Positions 25,459 through 35,092 are shown, counted from the first letter of the stretch. The stretch is 64,000 bases of DNA from Escherichia coli (GCA_902500205.1 GCA_902500205.1_4868.1), one strand, 5' to 3'. Made by a program: numbers and translations. Notes: generated from the sequence alone by a model not told the origin.

Positions 25459-26457
25459 ATGAAAACTGTGGCTAAATTGTTCCGCAGCAGCATTCGCTCT
25501 GCCGAGTTCCAAAATAACGTCGGTAGCGATACTGTACGAGCACGCCGCCTAAAAGAGTTTCTAAAGGACGAGACTTATTCTGTTTACGTGGTGAAGAATA
25601 AAGAAACCTGGGAGGGTTATTTAGTGGCCACCTATCGACACGGTGACCCTACACTAACCTGTCACTATTTTGAGGAGTTTGTACCTGGGGCGTTCGATAA
25701 AGTTGGTTTGGCCCTTGTGCTCGACCATACCGGATTCGAATATATGTCGTGTCCAGCACCTACTGACGATGTTGAACAAAAACTGGTCGAAAAAGGGTTT
25801 GTTCTTTCAGATATCGTTTGGGCATGTCATTCTAAACTGTTTGACAAAGTAATCACCGCATCGGAAATCAAGATTATTTCTGGTGATGCATACGCAGAAC
25901 TTACCAAGGAAGATAAAGACGTTATCCTGAATTTGATTAGCGGTGCAATTTGCGAAGAGCTAGAATACGATATGCGTGGCTACTATACGCACATTGGCCC
26001 GTTAGCAGAAACAGTAATAGCAAGAATTCAGCACGCTAATGTGGAGACTGCAATTTGGCGAGACGGCCATGATATCGTCGGTATTGCCCAGATGCGCTTG
26101 GTTACACCAGGCGTCGTTGAACTTTCTGGTTTAACCGTTGCACCAACACACCGTAAACGTGGCATTGGCCGCCGGCTAATGGGCGCGCTATTCGATTTCG
26201 CACAACGTCATTCCGACCAAGTCTATATTGAAACAGCTGCTGATAATAATCCAGCAAATCACCTGTACGGCAACATCTTACGTTGCAAGCAGGTACTGCG
26301 TACACTAACGTTGAAACGCGATCCTGAACTTATTAGCTGGAAACGGGTGAATGGGAACCGCGCCGATCGAGTGCTGAAAGAAGAACCTAGCATTCCGGTG
26401 GAGACTACAACCAGGCTGACTATCAGTGATATGTTTCAATCTGGCATGAGAGGATGA
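25459..26457 (+). CDS. Two-domain protein: unknown N-terminal domain fused to a C-terminal GNAT acetyltransferase (3 of 3)
   Basis: C-terminal 'LSGLTVAPTHRKRGIGRRLMGALFDFA'; true start ATG 25459 (track 5' extension overlaps the terminator). Confidence 0.75.
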   Translation: MKTVAKLFRSSIRSAEFQNNVGSDTVRARRLKEFLKDETYSVYVVKNKETWEGYLVATYRHGDPTLTCHYFEEFVPGAFDKVGLALVLDHTGFEYMSCPAPTDDVEQKLVEKGFVLSDIVWACHSKLFDKVITASEIKIISGDAYAELTKEDKDVILNLISGAICEELEYDMRGYYTHIGPLAETVIARIQHANVETAIWRDGHDIVGIAQMRLVTPGVVELSGLTVAPTHRKRGIGRRLMGALFDFAQRHSDQVYIETAADNNPANHLYGNILRCKQVLRTLTLKRDPELISWKRVNGNRADRVLKEEPSIPVETTTRLTISDMFQSGMRG

Positions 26458-26463
26458 TATCGG

Positions 26464-27282
26464 GTGATAAGACCAATTTTAAAATGGATGGGTGGTAAGA
26501 GTCGCGTACTGCCCGAGTTGCTACAGGTGCTTCCAGATGCTGAGTATTTCGTTGAACCGTTTGTGGGTGCAGGGTCAGTGTTTTTAAACACTAAATACCC
26601 GAACTATATTCTCGGCGACACGAACCCAGACTTAATCGAGTTACTGACCATGGCGCGCGATCGTCCGGAAGCGCTGATTCTGGAAGCAAAGGCGCTCTTT
26701 GCAAATGGGCTGGACCGCGGTCTGTACATGAAACGGCGTGAGGAATTTAACAGCGAGACAACCACGGGGAAACCTAATCTCCAGCGCGCTGCGATGTTCC
26801 TGTATCTTACACGTCATGGTTACAACGGCTTGTGCAGATACAATCAGTCAGGTGGATTTAATGTCCCGTATGGTCAACATCCGAACGGTGCCTATTTCCC
26901 TGAAGAGGAAATTCTGGCGTGGGCAAAACGTTGTTCGGAAACCAACGTCGAGCTGCTCTGCGCCGACTTCCGCGACATCCTAAATAAGTGCCCATCTAAC
27001 GCAGTGATATACGCTGACCCGCCATACATCCCACTTTCGGATACGGCTAAACATGCGCAGTATCACAGCAAAGAATTTTCACAAGCTGACCACCGCGAGT
27101 TAGCGAAACTTTTAAAACAACAAGCTGCCGATGGCAATAAGGTCGTTCTGTCAAACGCAGATACGTTACTCACACGCGATATTTATTACGGCTTTACTTG
27201 GCGCGAAGTTCAGGTAGGTCGATATATGTCTGCGGATGCGAATAAGCGTAAAGCGGTGACGGAGCTAATCGGCACCTTATAA
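26464..27282 (+). CDS. dam: DNA adenine methyltransferase (Dam-type, N6-adenine)
   Basis: Near-collinear Dam signatures: 'KWMGGK', 'EPFVGAGSVFLNT', 'FLYLTRHGYNGLCRYN', 'IYADPPY'. Confidence 0.9.
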   Translation: MIRPILKWMGGKSRVLPELLQVLPDAEYFVEPFVGAGSVFLNTKYPNYILGDTNPDLIELLTMARDRPEALILEAKALFANGLDRGLYMKRREEFNSETTTGKPNLQRAAMFLYLTRHGYNGLCRYNQSGGFNVPYGQHPNGAYFPEEEILAWAKRCSETNVELLCADFRDILNKCPSNAVIYADPPYIPLSDTAKHAQYHSKEFSQADHRELAKLLKQQAADGNKVVLSNADTLLTRDIYYGFTWREVQVGRYMSADANKRKAVTELIGTL

Positions 27283-27291
27283 GGTACCAAC

Positions 27292-28095
27292 ATGCAACTA
27301 TTTAATCTATACGGTATGGACAAAAACGACCTGACCGTAGAGTTTAGTGGTCGGTTGACCACCTTGGGGCAACTCCGCGAACGGATTCAAGATTTGCGAC
27401 CCGTCGCAGACCAAGAAGACGATCATTGGTTAGTGTTGAGCAATAGCGGTCGTGCGCAAATGTATTTTCGTGGATGTCGTTCAGGTATTGTTTACTACAT
27501 CTACGAGCTGCACGTGCTCTCCGAGCCCCTGTTCCACGAGTGGAAGCGTTTAACGCGACTCCTGGAAGTGCAGATGCTCGATATTACCTGCTTTCCGCAT
27601 GACACTGAGCACGCAGCACTATACCAGCGCCTGGGGTTCGAAGCTGTAACGAAGCGTGTGGAGATTACTGTCAGTCCGAAATACGGTTTTACGTCAGACC
27701 CATCGGTTGTCCCGTTGGAGACATTGTCATTAGAACAAACCCAGGATGTTTGCTATCTAATGCGACCTACGCTAAAAGACGCAGGTACGCGTGAGATGTT
27801 GGGTGAATTAGCAAATGGTTTTGTCTCTGCGTTCGTGGGGTTGCACGGCCAGAAACCGTTTTCATTAATGCTTTATAAGGAATTCCCGAAGAGCATCATT
27901 ACTGAGCAATTCTGCTGCCAAACTTTTGACCCGGTTGCTTACTCGGTAGAGTTTCTAAAACACTACCACGCTATTTTGCATTTGGCGGGACAGAAAGGTA
28001 AGAAGGTCAACATGGGTGTTGCGATAGAGCACGAGTTTCCTTCTATCGAAGGGTTAGAGTATCGTGTAATCACGCATCACTACACCCTTGCGTAA
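27292..28095 (+). CDS. Hypothetical protein (267 aa)
   Basis: ORF with ATG start. Confidence 0.75.
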   Translation: MQLFNLYGMDKNDLTVEFSGRLTTLGQLRERIQDLRPVADQEDDHWLVLSNSGRAQMYFRGCRSGIVYYIYELHVLSEPLFHEWKRLTRLLEVQMLDITCFPHDTEHAALYQRLGFEAVTKRVEITVSPKYGFTSDPSVVPLETLSLEQTQDVCYLMRPTLKDAGTREMLGELANGFVSAFVGLHGQKPFSLMLYKEFPKSIITEQFCCQTFDPVAYSVEFLKHYHAILHLAGQKGKKVNMGVAIEHEFPSIEGLEYRVITHHYTLA

Positions 28096-28104
28096 GGAGA
28101 GAAT

Positions 28105-28917
28105 ATGCTGAGAGTTATCGAACGCACGGAGAGGATTCTGGACCGAACGTGGTTGGAAGACCGTAAAGCGTTATCGTTGTTAAACGATATCGATCCTTCC
28201 ACGTTACAAGATGAACGTCGTCTTTACTACCGAATCTTTGAAGTTTTCAGTCGGGACACAGTTGCGCCCGACGCGATCGTGCTCTGTCTGGACCACGGAT
28301 ACATGTTAGAAGTTATCAATATGGTTCGTGCTTTAGACGCCCAGTTAACCTCGCTTGCGGATGCTTTACTCCGCTCAGCGGGGTGTAACTACGCGATGCA
28401 TTTTACTCGTTCTGAAGGGGACGAATATGCTCGCATGGGCTTTTGTTGCGAAACGATAAACTACCGCAAAATTAATACATTGGTGCCTAGCCACGATGAG
28501 GATTTCTGTGGGGATGTCAGTTCGTTGTTCGATAGTAAGAAAGCGTTCTTGGATTGGGTTAGAATGCTTTACGGTAAAAGCTCTATCTACTCAACGCTCG
28601 TTACGGGCGGGAGGATGATGTCGTGGCGGAACAGCGATAGTTACAAACTGACAGTGCTCACACATCGTGGACAACGCTGGGTTATTGGTGGATGGTTTAC
28701 CGCAGAAGGGGTGGTTACTCTAAGCCGAGAGGAGTTCGGGCTGTTGATGCACTGTATCCAGTCTGAATTACCGGTGGGGGATGAACTGATTTACACCTAC
28801 CACCAATATACTGGGGGGCCTGCCGCAATGTGGTTATTAGAAAACGGTTGGCTGCCTGAAAGTTATGTGTACGGACGTACTCTGAAAACTAGTAATGGAG
28901 AAGATAATGCAAATTAA
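28105..28917 (+). CDS. Hypothetical protein (270 aa)
   Basis: 'gtaaggagag' SD before ATG. Confidence 0.75.
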   Translation: MLRVIERTERILDRTWLEDRKALSLLNDIDPSTLQDERRLYYRIFEVFSRDTVAPDAIVLCLDHGYMLEVINMVRALDAQLTSLADALLRSAGCNYAMHFTRSEGDEYARMGFCCETINYRKINTLVPSHDEDFCGDVSSLFDSKKAFLDWVRMLYGKSSIYSTLVTGGRMMSWRNSDSYKLTVLTHRGQRWVIGGWFTAEGVVTLSREEFGLLMHCIQSELPVGDELIYTYHQYTGGPAAMWLLENGWLPESYVYGRTLKTSNGEDNAN

Positions 28918-29185
28918 TCGTACAGTGTCGAAGTCTAAAGAAGTCGTTTACAACGTTGAAGACGGTGATGTAATGCAGTTTCGTGCCGTCATTGACGAAC
29001 AGCACGTACTCCAAGTCGTTTATTCGAAAGAAGAAATGACTCGCGCACATAGCCGCGTGTTAGAAAAACTCGTTGCGAAAGCCAAACAGCGCGACGGTAT
29101 TAAATCCTACAACGTCATGTACGGTTATCAGTTACGTGAGGTGGAAGGGGAGCTGTTAATCACCCCTGTTCCGGTAACGGCGTAA
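28907..29185 (+). CDS. Small hypothetical protein
   Basis: ATG 28907 after 'ggaga' (track start 28895). Confidence 0.6.
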   Translation: MQINRTVSKSKEVVYNVEDGDVMQFRAVIDEQHVLQVVYSKEEMTRAHSRVLEKLVAKAKQRDGIKSYNVMYGYQLREVEGELLITPVPVTA

Positions 29186-29225
29186 TTCGCCATTGTATGA
29201 CCCTTAAATACCGTTGAGGTTAACT

Positions 29226-29708
29226 ATGGATATGATCGAATTAGGTCAGCTCCCTCAGCACGATTTTGATTTAGGCGTGCGTCATGAGGAAGGGGCCGAC
29301 GCGAACACACTTATGGCCCGCTACTACGAGCTACTGACCGGTCAACCGTTGGACGATGAGCATATCAACCGTTTTGAAAAACTGTTGGCACAACTCATCA
29401 CCTCTAACGCAGAACGCATTGGCATGTTGAACGAAATGAACTTTGCCGATGTAGAGCCATCAGACGCTCAGAAGATTCTTATCGATGGTCCTGTGCCAAG
29501 CGATGAAGTACAAGACCTTCTGGCAGGTATCCGTGCAGGCTTCGATGAAGCTGCTGAGAAATACGCGGAAGAGCTGGCAGATGTCGATTTGGCTGCGCCG
29601 GTTGACCCGAATCCGTCTGCAGAGGAGACTGCAGCTGCGAAATTGAAACTCGCACGCTTTATCTGTGCTGCTGTCTTGACAGACGACCGTGAAGAAAACC
29701 AACTGTAA
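29226..29708 (+). CDS. Acidic hypothetical protein
   Basis: ATG 29226 (track TTG 29214); D/E-rich. Confidence 0.7.
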   Translation: MDMIELGQLPQHDFDLGVRHEEGADANTLMARYYELLTGQPLDDEHINRFEKLLAQLITSNAERIGMLNEMNFADVEPSDAQKILIDGPVPSDEVQDLLAGIRAGFDEAAEKYAEELADVDLAAPVDPNPSAEETAAAKLKLARFICAAVLTDDREENQL

Positions 29709-29714
29709 GGCCCG

Positions 29715-29750
29715 CCTCCTTGCCCACGGGTGAGGAGGTCCCTTTTTATT
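29715..29750 (+). terminator. Intrinsic terminator
   Basis: 'cctccttgcc-cacg-ggtgaggagg' (two G-U pairs) followed by 'tccctttttattt'. Confidence 0.7.
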
Positions 29751-29804
29751 TACATCAGTCCACTAACTTATGTGAAACAACCCACGTAATGAGGAATTAA
29801 GAGA

Positions 29805-30122
29805 ATGTGGTTAAGTGCTATTCATCGTGACCTGCCAAAACGTGAAGTGACCCTTTCTGTCGATGCGGAACCGATTACCGTTGGTGTCGCTAACTTCGAC
29901 CGTATGGAGGAAGGGCAGTATGTCGTGGTGGACAACGATGAAAACGAATTCATGTTATTCCATCCCGAAGTTGATGCGTCTGAAATCCGCGAGGGTTCTA
30001 TCTTGTTTTCTTGGCAAGACAAAGAAACTAAACAGTGGATGTGGTGCGTTGCTAACACAACCGATGAAAAAGGTACCGCGTATGCCCCAGGACAGCTTCA
30101 TGTCGAACCTAAACCCCATTGA
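29805..30122 (+). CDS. Small hypothetical protein (105 aa)
   Basis: ORF with ATG start. Confidence 0.65.
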   Translation: MWLSAIHRDLPKREVTLSVDAEPITVGVANFDRMEEGQYVVVDNDENEFMLFHPEVDASEIREGSILFSWQDKETKQWMWCVANTTDEKGTAYAPGQLHVEPKPH

Positions 30123-30414
30123 GCCCACGCTGACGCACCAGGAACTGCACGTCCGTTTTATTCGGGCGTTCACACCCCCGTTAGGTGGTGAGGTACACGA
30201 TCGTTCCGTGGTTGCAGAAGTTAAAGGTATCGGCGAAGAACTAATGACACTGTCTAATATTGTGACGGGTGTTGAGTTCACGTTACCGTTAAACGTATTT
30301 CGGTTTATTCCGCGCGTAAACGAAACACTGCTCATCGACCGTGTGCATCATCGGATTATGGCGCAGGTACATCCTAGACGTAAAGAGTATGTGCGCTTAG
30401 AGATGATGGTTTAA
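30082..30414 (+). CDS. Small hypothetical protein; start uncertain
   Basis: Track frame 29863-30414 overlaps the previous gene; ATG 30082 after 'aaagg' (or ATG 30100) is more likely. Confidence 0.5.
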   Translation: MPQDSFMSNLNPIEPTLTHQELHVRFIRAFTPPLGGEVHDRSVVAEVKGIGEELMTLSNIVTGVEFTLPLNVFRFIPRVNETLLIDRVHHRIMAQVHPRRKEYVRLEMMV

Positions 30415-30427
30415 CGCACGACTTTTC

Positions 30428-30449
30428 AGATAGATGTTATTTTACTGAA
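30428..30449 (+). promoter_or_regulatory. Conserved 22-bp promoter-like motif, copy 5
   Basis: 'agatagatgttattttactgaa'; 27 nt upstream of ATG 30477. Confidence 0.5.
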
Positions 30450-30476
30450 CCTAACTGTAAAGAAAGGAAAAAGTAG

Positions 30477-30782
30477 ATGGCTAAACAATACACAATTGTT
30501 AAACGCGCAGGTACAACTCTGCTGTACGTGGAGAAAGGTTGTGAGAACACTACAACCGCCAAGAAACTGAACCTGCAAGGGTTTCTGTATCAAGGTCTCC
30601 GTGCGGGTTTGACCATCACTTTTAAAGGCTTACCACAGGCGAAGAATCTGCGCGTCGTACGTGCAGACGGTGTAGAGCGTGCCTTGGTAGCCGACACCCC
30701 GGTTGATACTATCCCTGCCAGTAAGAAGGCAGCGAAAGCAACCAAGAAAGTCGTCGATAAACGCAAACGCGCTGTCGCTTAA
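30477..30782 (+). CDS. Small basic protein (possible nucleic-acid binding)
   Basis: Lys-rich C-terminus 'KKAAKATKKVVDKRKRAVA'. Confidence 0.7.
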   Translation: MAKQYTIVKRAGTTLLYVEKGCENTTTAKKLNLQGFLYQGLRAGLTITFKGLPQAKNLRVVRADGVERALVADTPVDTIPASKKAAKATKKVVDKRKRAVA

Positions 30783-30788
30783 GTAGTC

Positions 30789-30828
30789 CCCTACCTAACT
30801 TCGGTTAGGTAGGGCTCTTTTTATTTTT
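30789..30828 (+). terminator. Intrinsic terminator (TTCG loop)
   Basis: 'ccctacctaac-ttcg-gttaggtaggg' followed by 'ctctttttattttt'. Confidence 0.85.
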
Positions 30829-30848
30829 AACCCTCTGGGGGATATACC

Positions 30849-31301
30849 ATGTTTCAATGTTCAGTCGTCAATGATGCGGAATTGGCCGTGTACAAGCAGC
30901 GCACAATCCGGGCGCTGGATGCTGAAAAACCAGTCGATGTTAAAACGCGTGCAATCATTAGGGCGTTTAGCGAATGGCCGAATATCGCAACCGTTTGGGC
31001 ATTCACGGGAGAAGTTCGCAAAGACGGAGACAAGCTTCGTACACGTAGACACCACAGCTTAACATTTGTGGCAACCGAGGCGGGTCTTAAAGACATTAAT
31101 CATTTATTAGAAGGATGGCAGCCGCACGAATACGGGAAACGTTTTCAGTTAAACTTTACTTGGCTGCGTCAAGAAGGCAACGCGAATCTCTGTTATCCAA
31201 GCTGGACGTTTAGACTCAACTATCGACCTGACCCAGATGTGATGGAAAGAGTGATGGAGCACTGGCTCGCACTCGCAATTTTTACAGAACATAACCATTA
31301 A
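30849..31301 (+). CDS. Hypothetical protein (150 aa)
   Basis: ORF with ATG start. Confidence 0.7.
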   Translation: MFQCSVVNDAELAVYKQRTIRALDAEKPVDVKTRAIIRAFSEWPNIATVWAFTGEVRKDGDKLRTRRHHSLTFVATEAGLKDINHLLEGWQPHEYGKRFQLNFTWLRQEGNANLCYPSWTFRLNYRPDPDVMERVMEHWLALAIFTEHNH

Positions 31302-31329
31302 ATGAAGACACCCTTAAGGAGAATTAAAG

Positions 31330-31800
31330 ATGCCAGTTTTATACGGTGGCGTGGATCTGAAAGTTTTGGATCGGTTTAAACTACGGGCATCCGAAGCGCT
31401 CGTAAACGGTTGGGTTGAGCGTGGGGTACGGGATGCGTGTGAAGTTATTTGCCGTTACCCCGGCGCGACGACAATGTGGTCATGTCATGGACACGGACCA
31501 TATTCTAAAAAGAACACGCCAGGGGAGTTCCATGTAGTGTTTGTTCTTGGTGTCGGCTTTGAGCACAAAGCGCATGAGCTAGTTGCTGAGTTAATGAAAG
31601 CGGATATTCCACCATTGTGGGATTTATCCATGACGAGACTCATGTACCCTGATGATGATTTCGTTTATGACCTCAGCGAAATCACCCTGAAAAACACGTA
31701 TAACGCGTGGAAGATAACGTATCGTTATCTGCACACCGAACAATCCCTTCGTGAAATTCGTAAAGTATTCCACACAGTTTGCAAAAAGGTTTTTAACTAA
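31330..31800 (+). CDS. Hypothetical protein (156 aa)
   Basis: 'ttaaggag' SD before ATG. Confidence 0.75.
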   Translation: MPVLYGGVDLKVLDRFKLRASEALVNGWVERGVRDACEVICRYPGATTMWSCHGHGPYSKKNTPGEFHVVFVLGVGFEHKAHELVAELMKADIPPLWDLSMTRLMYPDDDFVYDLSEITLKNTYNAWKITYRYLHTEQSLREIRKVFHTVCKKVFN

Positions 31801-32498
31801 TGGCTAAGCAAAAGAAACCCCGTAACAAAAAGTATAACCCGAAAGTTGCCACAGAACGTACGGCACACACCGTCGCTGAAAACGCTCTGAATCGTATCAC
31901 GTTTATCGGCAGTTCGATTCGTCGCCTCGGGCCGTACGCGGGCCGTGGTTTTCACTTTACGGCAAGTCCTCGTATTCGTGCTATCGCCACAGATATGTTA
32001 GTCGGTGGGCTGTTCGACCAACCGCGACCATGGCATCTTTGGGTGATGCACCTCACTGAACTCGACACCGGTGAAATTGTAACAGAAACCGCAGTTGCCA
32101 CACTTGACGATTATACTTTGGCGGACTTCTGCGAACACGCTGAGGAGTTAGTTAAATCGTTACGCCCTGAACAGGAAGAGGGGAAGTATTTCGGTTATGC
32201 ATTTGTGGCTGCACCGAACGAGCGGTACGACTTCAAAGCGGAAGAAGACCAGCTCATTGAAAACTTCATGCATTCTGGACTACTTGATACGTCGTTACAT
32301 CTGTCGGAAGAGCAACAGTTCGTTAGTCGTGCAGAAATGGCAAAGTTACTTGTTGGTTATACTCGGAAGTTTGACGTGACCGTTGAACATGTCAAAGAAG
32401 TACCAGAGATTGTGAGCAAGAAAGACGAGGTGGTACTTCCGGTTGACGAGGTCGTCGGTAAAGTAGCGACTGCGATAGGGGCAACAGGGGATTACTGA
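31800..32498 (+). CDS. Hypothetical protein (232 aa)
   Basis: TAATG stop/start overlap with upstream gene. Confidence 0.75.
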   Translation: MAKQKKPRNKKYNPKVATERTAHTVAENALNRITFIGSSIRRLGPYAGRGFHFTASPRIRAIATDMLVGGLFDQPRPWHLWVMHLTELDTGEIVTETAVATLDDYTLADFCEHAEELVKSLRPEQEEGKYFGYAFVAAPNERYDFKAEEDQLIENFMHSGLLDTSLHLSEEQQFVSRAEMAKLLVGYTRKFDVTVEHVKEVPEIVSKKDEVVLPVDEVVGKVATAIGATGDY

Positions 32499-32707
32499 TG
32501 AATCTACGTTGGCCGATCGTGGCTGCTGTGTTGTTTTGTATCTATATCGCCATCAGCACCAGTACCCGCACTGCAGAACGTCGCGAGACCGCAACCAGTA
32601 CGTTCAGAATGTGTATTGATCGAGTAGACCCGAACAATAGCACTTATCCTGACGCTGTGAACGCGTGTCGCAAAGCGGTTGCTGAGATATTGAAAGAGGA
32701 AAAATAA
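32498..32707 (+). CDS. Small membrane protein (69 aa)
   Basis: TM-like 'IVAAVLFCIYIAISTS'; TGATG overlap. Confidence 0.6.
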   Translation: MNLRWPIVAAVLFCIYIAISTSTRTAERRETATSTFRMCIDRVDPNNSTYPDAVNACRKAVAEILKEEK

Positions 32708-32793
32708 TGGAAAACCTCACGCCGATTGAGATAGTGGTGCTATTAACCCTAGGTTACATGGATTTGATTTTAACCCCATTAATTATCGAGTGA
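32707..32793 (+). CDS. Micro-ORF (28 aa), hydrophobic
   Basis: 'agaggaaaaataATG'; MENLTPIEIVVLLTLGYMDLILTPLIIE; TAATG overlap; too short for the ORF track. Confidence 0.25.
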   Translation: MENLTPIEIVVLLTLGYMDLILTPLIIE

Positions 32794-32797
32794 ATAA

Positions 32798-33283
32798 ATG
32801 AAACTACAAACCGAGGTTAAGGAAATACCCGCACAAACCGTGGCATCCGCGAGTGGACTGATACTGTCTATACCGTGCGACGAATTTAAAGACTCGGCCC
32901 GTCCCGACGAAACGATATCGTTAGCATTACGTCGCGGACACGTTTTCTGTGAATTCGACGCGCCTGTGATTAAACCGTGTCAATCGTTCGGGGAAGTAAA
33001 GGCCGCCATTGATCGGATACGTTGTATTGAACTCGTACGCGTTTGCGGTTATGTATCGAACGTCTGCTATGGCGTTGTCGATGGTTACTTTCAACTCCGC
33101 GGTGAATTCACACCACACGGCCCACTCAAAGCGTTAGCGATTGAAGTGATGCGTGCAGGCACCATCACGATTTCTCCACGTATAGAACTCGATGGATATG
33201 GGAAGATTGTTTGCATCCCATCTTTCGATGTTGTGGCAGAAGAAACCCCACGTTATCAATTTCTACATACGGTGAAACAATGA
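32798..33283 (+). CDS. Hypothetical protein (161 aa)
   Basis: ORF; stop overlaps next start (ATGA). Confidence 0.7.
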   Translation: MKLQTEVKEIPAQTVASASGLILSIPCDEFKDSARPDETISLALRRGHVFCEFDAPVIKPCQSFGEVKAAIDRIRCIELVRVCGYVSNVCYGVVDGYFQLRGEFTPHGPLKALAIEVMRAGTITISPRIELDGYGKIVCIPSFDVVAEETPRYQFLHTVKQ

Positions 33284-34287
33284 CAAAGCTTGTTTCGTTT
33301 TCAGCAGGGTTGGATTCCACCTGGATAATGTATCAGCTGTTGTGCAAAGCACCGGCCAATGAAGCGCGACATGTCCGTCCTGCATATTTCTCCATGTGGA
33401 ATGGAGGTAACGCGAACTTCATGGAAATTCTTTGTAGTGTGGCCATTGTTGAACGGCTAATGGACAGATACCACGCACAAACCGATCGTGTTACATGGGC
33501 GGTGCTCGGGGAAGAGAACTTTCCGCCTGTCGTTAGCGCCGGATACGCTAACGGCTGGTCGCCTCTGGTTCAGCAAGGCAATGTTGTTAACGGCCTCGCT
33601 AAACTGATGTGCGACATTACACGCAAACAGCACCACGCCTATGCAGTTATTGGCTGGAATAAGCTAGATGCGTTGGAGAATAGTCTAGAGCTGGGAGATT
33701 GGACATTAGACGAGTACGCACGCTTAAAGAACCTTTATAGCGAACTGATGTATTTCCAAGATCATGCCGGCCGCGTTCCACCGCTTCTAACACCTGCGTG
33801 GGATAAAGAGAAACTGGAAATGTGGCAGGAGTTGCCGGAAGACATTCGTAGATTGGTGCAGGTCAGTAACTACAACAACTACGAATTCGCGATAGACCGT
33901 GAGAATAACATGCTCATCGTTTATGCCCATCCGTCGGCAAAGTCGCAGAATTATCGTAGTCTTGGTATTACACCGTCTGTGGGATGGGAGATTAAAATTA
34001 ACGATGCTTACAGACGGGTATGGTGCTCTGCTCTCGGTAGTGCTATTTCTGCTATGGGTTTGGACGTACCGACTTTTGCTAACTTTAAGGACCCGAAAAG
34101 AAATCACACAACCTTTACGGTAACTGAAGATACTGAAAGACTATTTATCACGTCATTTACAGCAGAAGAGTGGTGCGAATATGCACCGCATTTTAAAGCG
34201 CTTCAGGAGAAAGAAAAAGAGAGAGCGAATAATGCCAAAGCAAGTAAAGCTGTGGACGCTCCAACTGGCGAAGTGGCGGATAGCTGA
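33280..34287 (+). CDS. PP-loop ATP-pyrophosphatase-like protein (QueC/PAPS-reductase superfamily; tentative)
   Basis: N-terminal 'MTKLVSFSAGLDSTW' resembles the PP-loop (SGGxDS) motif; start ATG 33280 (track frame from 33211). Confidence 0.5.
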   Translation: MTKLVSFSAGLDSTWIMYQLLCKAPANEARHVRPAYFSMWNGGNANFMEILCSVAIVERLMDRYHAQTDRVTWAVLGEENFPPVVSAGYANGWSPLVQQGNVVNGLAKLMCDITRKQHHAYAVIGWNKLDALENSLELGDWTLDEYARLKNLYSELMYFQDHAGRVPPLLTPAWDKEKLEMWQELPEDIRRLVQVSNYNNYEFAIDRENNMLIVYAHPSAKSQNYRSLGITPSVGWEIKINDAYRRVWCSALGSAISAMGLDVPTFANFKDPKRNHTTFTVTEDTERLFITSFTAEEWCEYAPHFKALQEKEKERANNAKASKAVDAPTGEVADS

Positions 34288-34615
34288 AAAACGGAATTTG
34301 CCAAAGCTGGATATAACGGTTAAGTCGGGGCTGAAATATTTGGCACCCGACTGGGACTTTCTGATGGACTACAAGAAGTCTGACAAAGGCCCCGACGCAG
34401 AAGCTGCGTATACCAAACGCTACCTGCAGAAACTTAGTCGGTTGTTTGATGAAGACACTGATAAGTTGATAGAGATTCTCCGCCAGGGCGAGGTCGTACT
34501 AATGTGCTATTGCCCACCGGGGAAATTCTGTCATCGCCACTTGCTAGTTTCTTACCTTATTGAAATCGGTGAGTGGTTCGGTTATGAAGTAATTTACATG
34601 GGCGAGTTATCGTAA
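34232..34615 (+). CDS. Small protein with 'CYCPPGKFCHRHLL' motif (DUF488/DUF4326-like; tentative)
   Basis: C-x-C-P-P-x3-C-H-R motif near the C-terminus; alternative start ATG 34181 gives a basic N-terminal extension. Confidence 0.55.
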   Translation: MPKQVKLWTLQLAKWRIAEKRNLPKLDITVKSGLKYLAPDWDFLMDYKKSDKGPDAEAAYTKRYLQKLSRLFDEDTDKLIEILRQGEVVLMCYCPPGKFCHRHLLVSYLIEIGEWFGYEVIYMGELS

Positions 34616-34626
34616 GGAGAGTCATC

Positions 34627-35022
34627 GTGAAATTGATTATGCCTAAAACCGTTCCCAATCAGGATATGGTTACGACTACACTGTTTTCTGAATCATTACG
34701 CAACTCTGTACGTCAGACCGCTTCACGTCTAGACGTGGCAGTTGAAGAACTCGACCCTGAAGTCTTCATGAAGTATGCGTTTATTGCAGAAGGTTACGCG
34801 ATCGCCCTGAGTTATGCGCGGTATGTCGATGACGTGACAGAAGCTAAACGTTATTTAGAAGGCTGTTGTCAAGTTTTCCGTGAAGAAATCACCGAGATGG
34901 AGATGGTTGACCGTGGCTTACCTGAATTTGTAAAGGTGGGTTACGATAAGCTGTTGCAATCCATCGCGGATGAGATCAAACGTCGCGGGTTAACTGTGGT
35001 GCACAGCGCTACACTACACTAA
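34627..35022 (+). CDS. Hypothetical protein (131 aa)
   Basis: 'aaggagag' SD, GTG start. Confidence 0.7.
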   Translation: MKLIMPKTVPNQDMVTTTLFSESLRNSVRQTASRLDVAVEELDPEVFMKYAFIAEGYAIALSYARYVDDVTEAKRYLEGCCQVFREEITEMEMVDRGLPEFVKVGYDKLLQSIADEIKRRGLTVVHSATLH

Positions 35023-35034
35023 CGGCGTACGAGT

Positions 35035-35080
35035 AGGCTACCACACGATCATATGTGTGGTAGCTTATTTTTTTTTGTTT
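35035..35080 (+). terminator. Intrinsic terminator
   Basis: 'gctaccacac...gtgtggtagc' followed by 'ttattttttttt'. Confidence 0.8.
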
Positions 35081-35092
35081 CTGGAGGCGTTA

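Noticed and set aside
18033-29764. Recurrent heptamer 'GTCCACT' 8-30 nt after terminators at about 18033, 23838 and 29758
   Set aside because: A given 7-mer is expected several times by chance in 64 kb; only the positional coincidence is suggestive, so it is not called.
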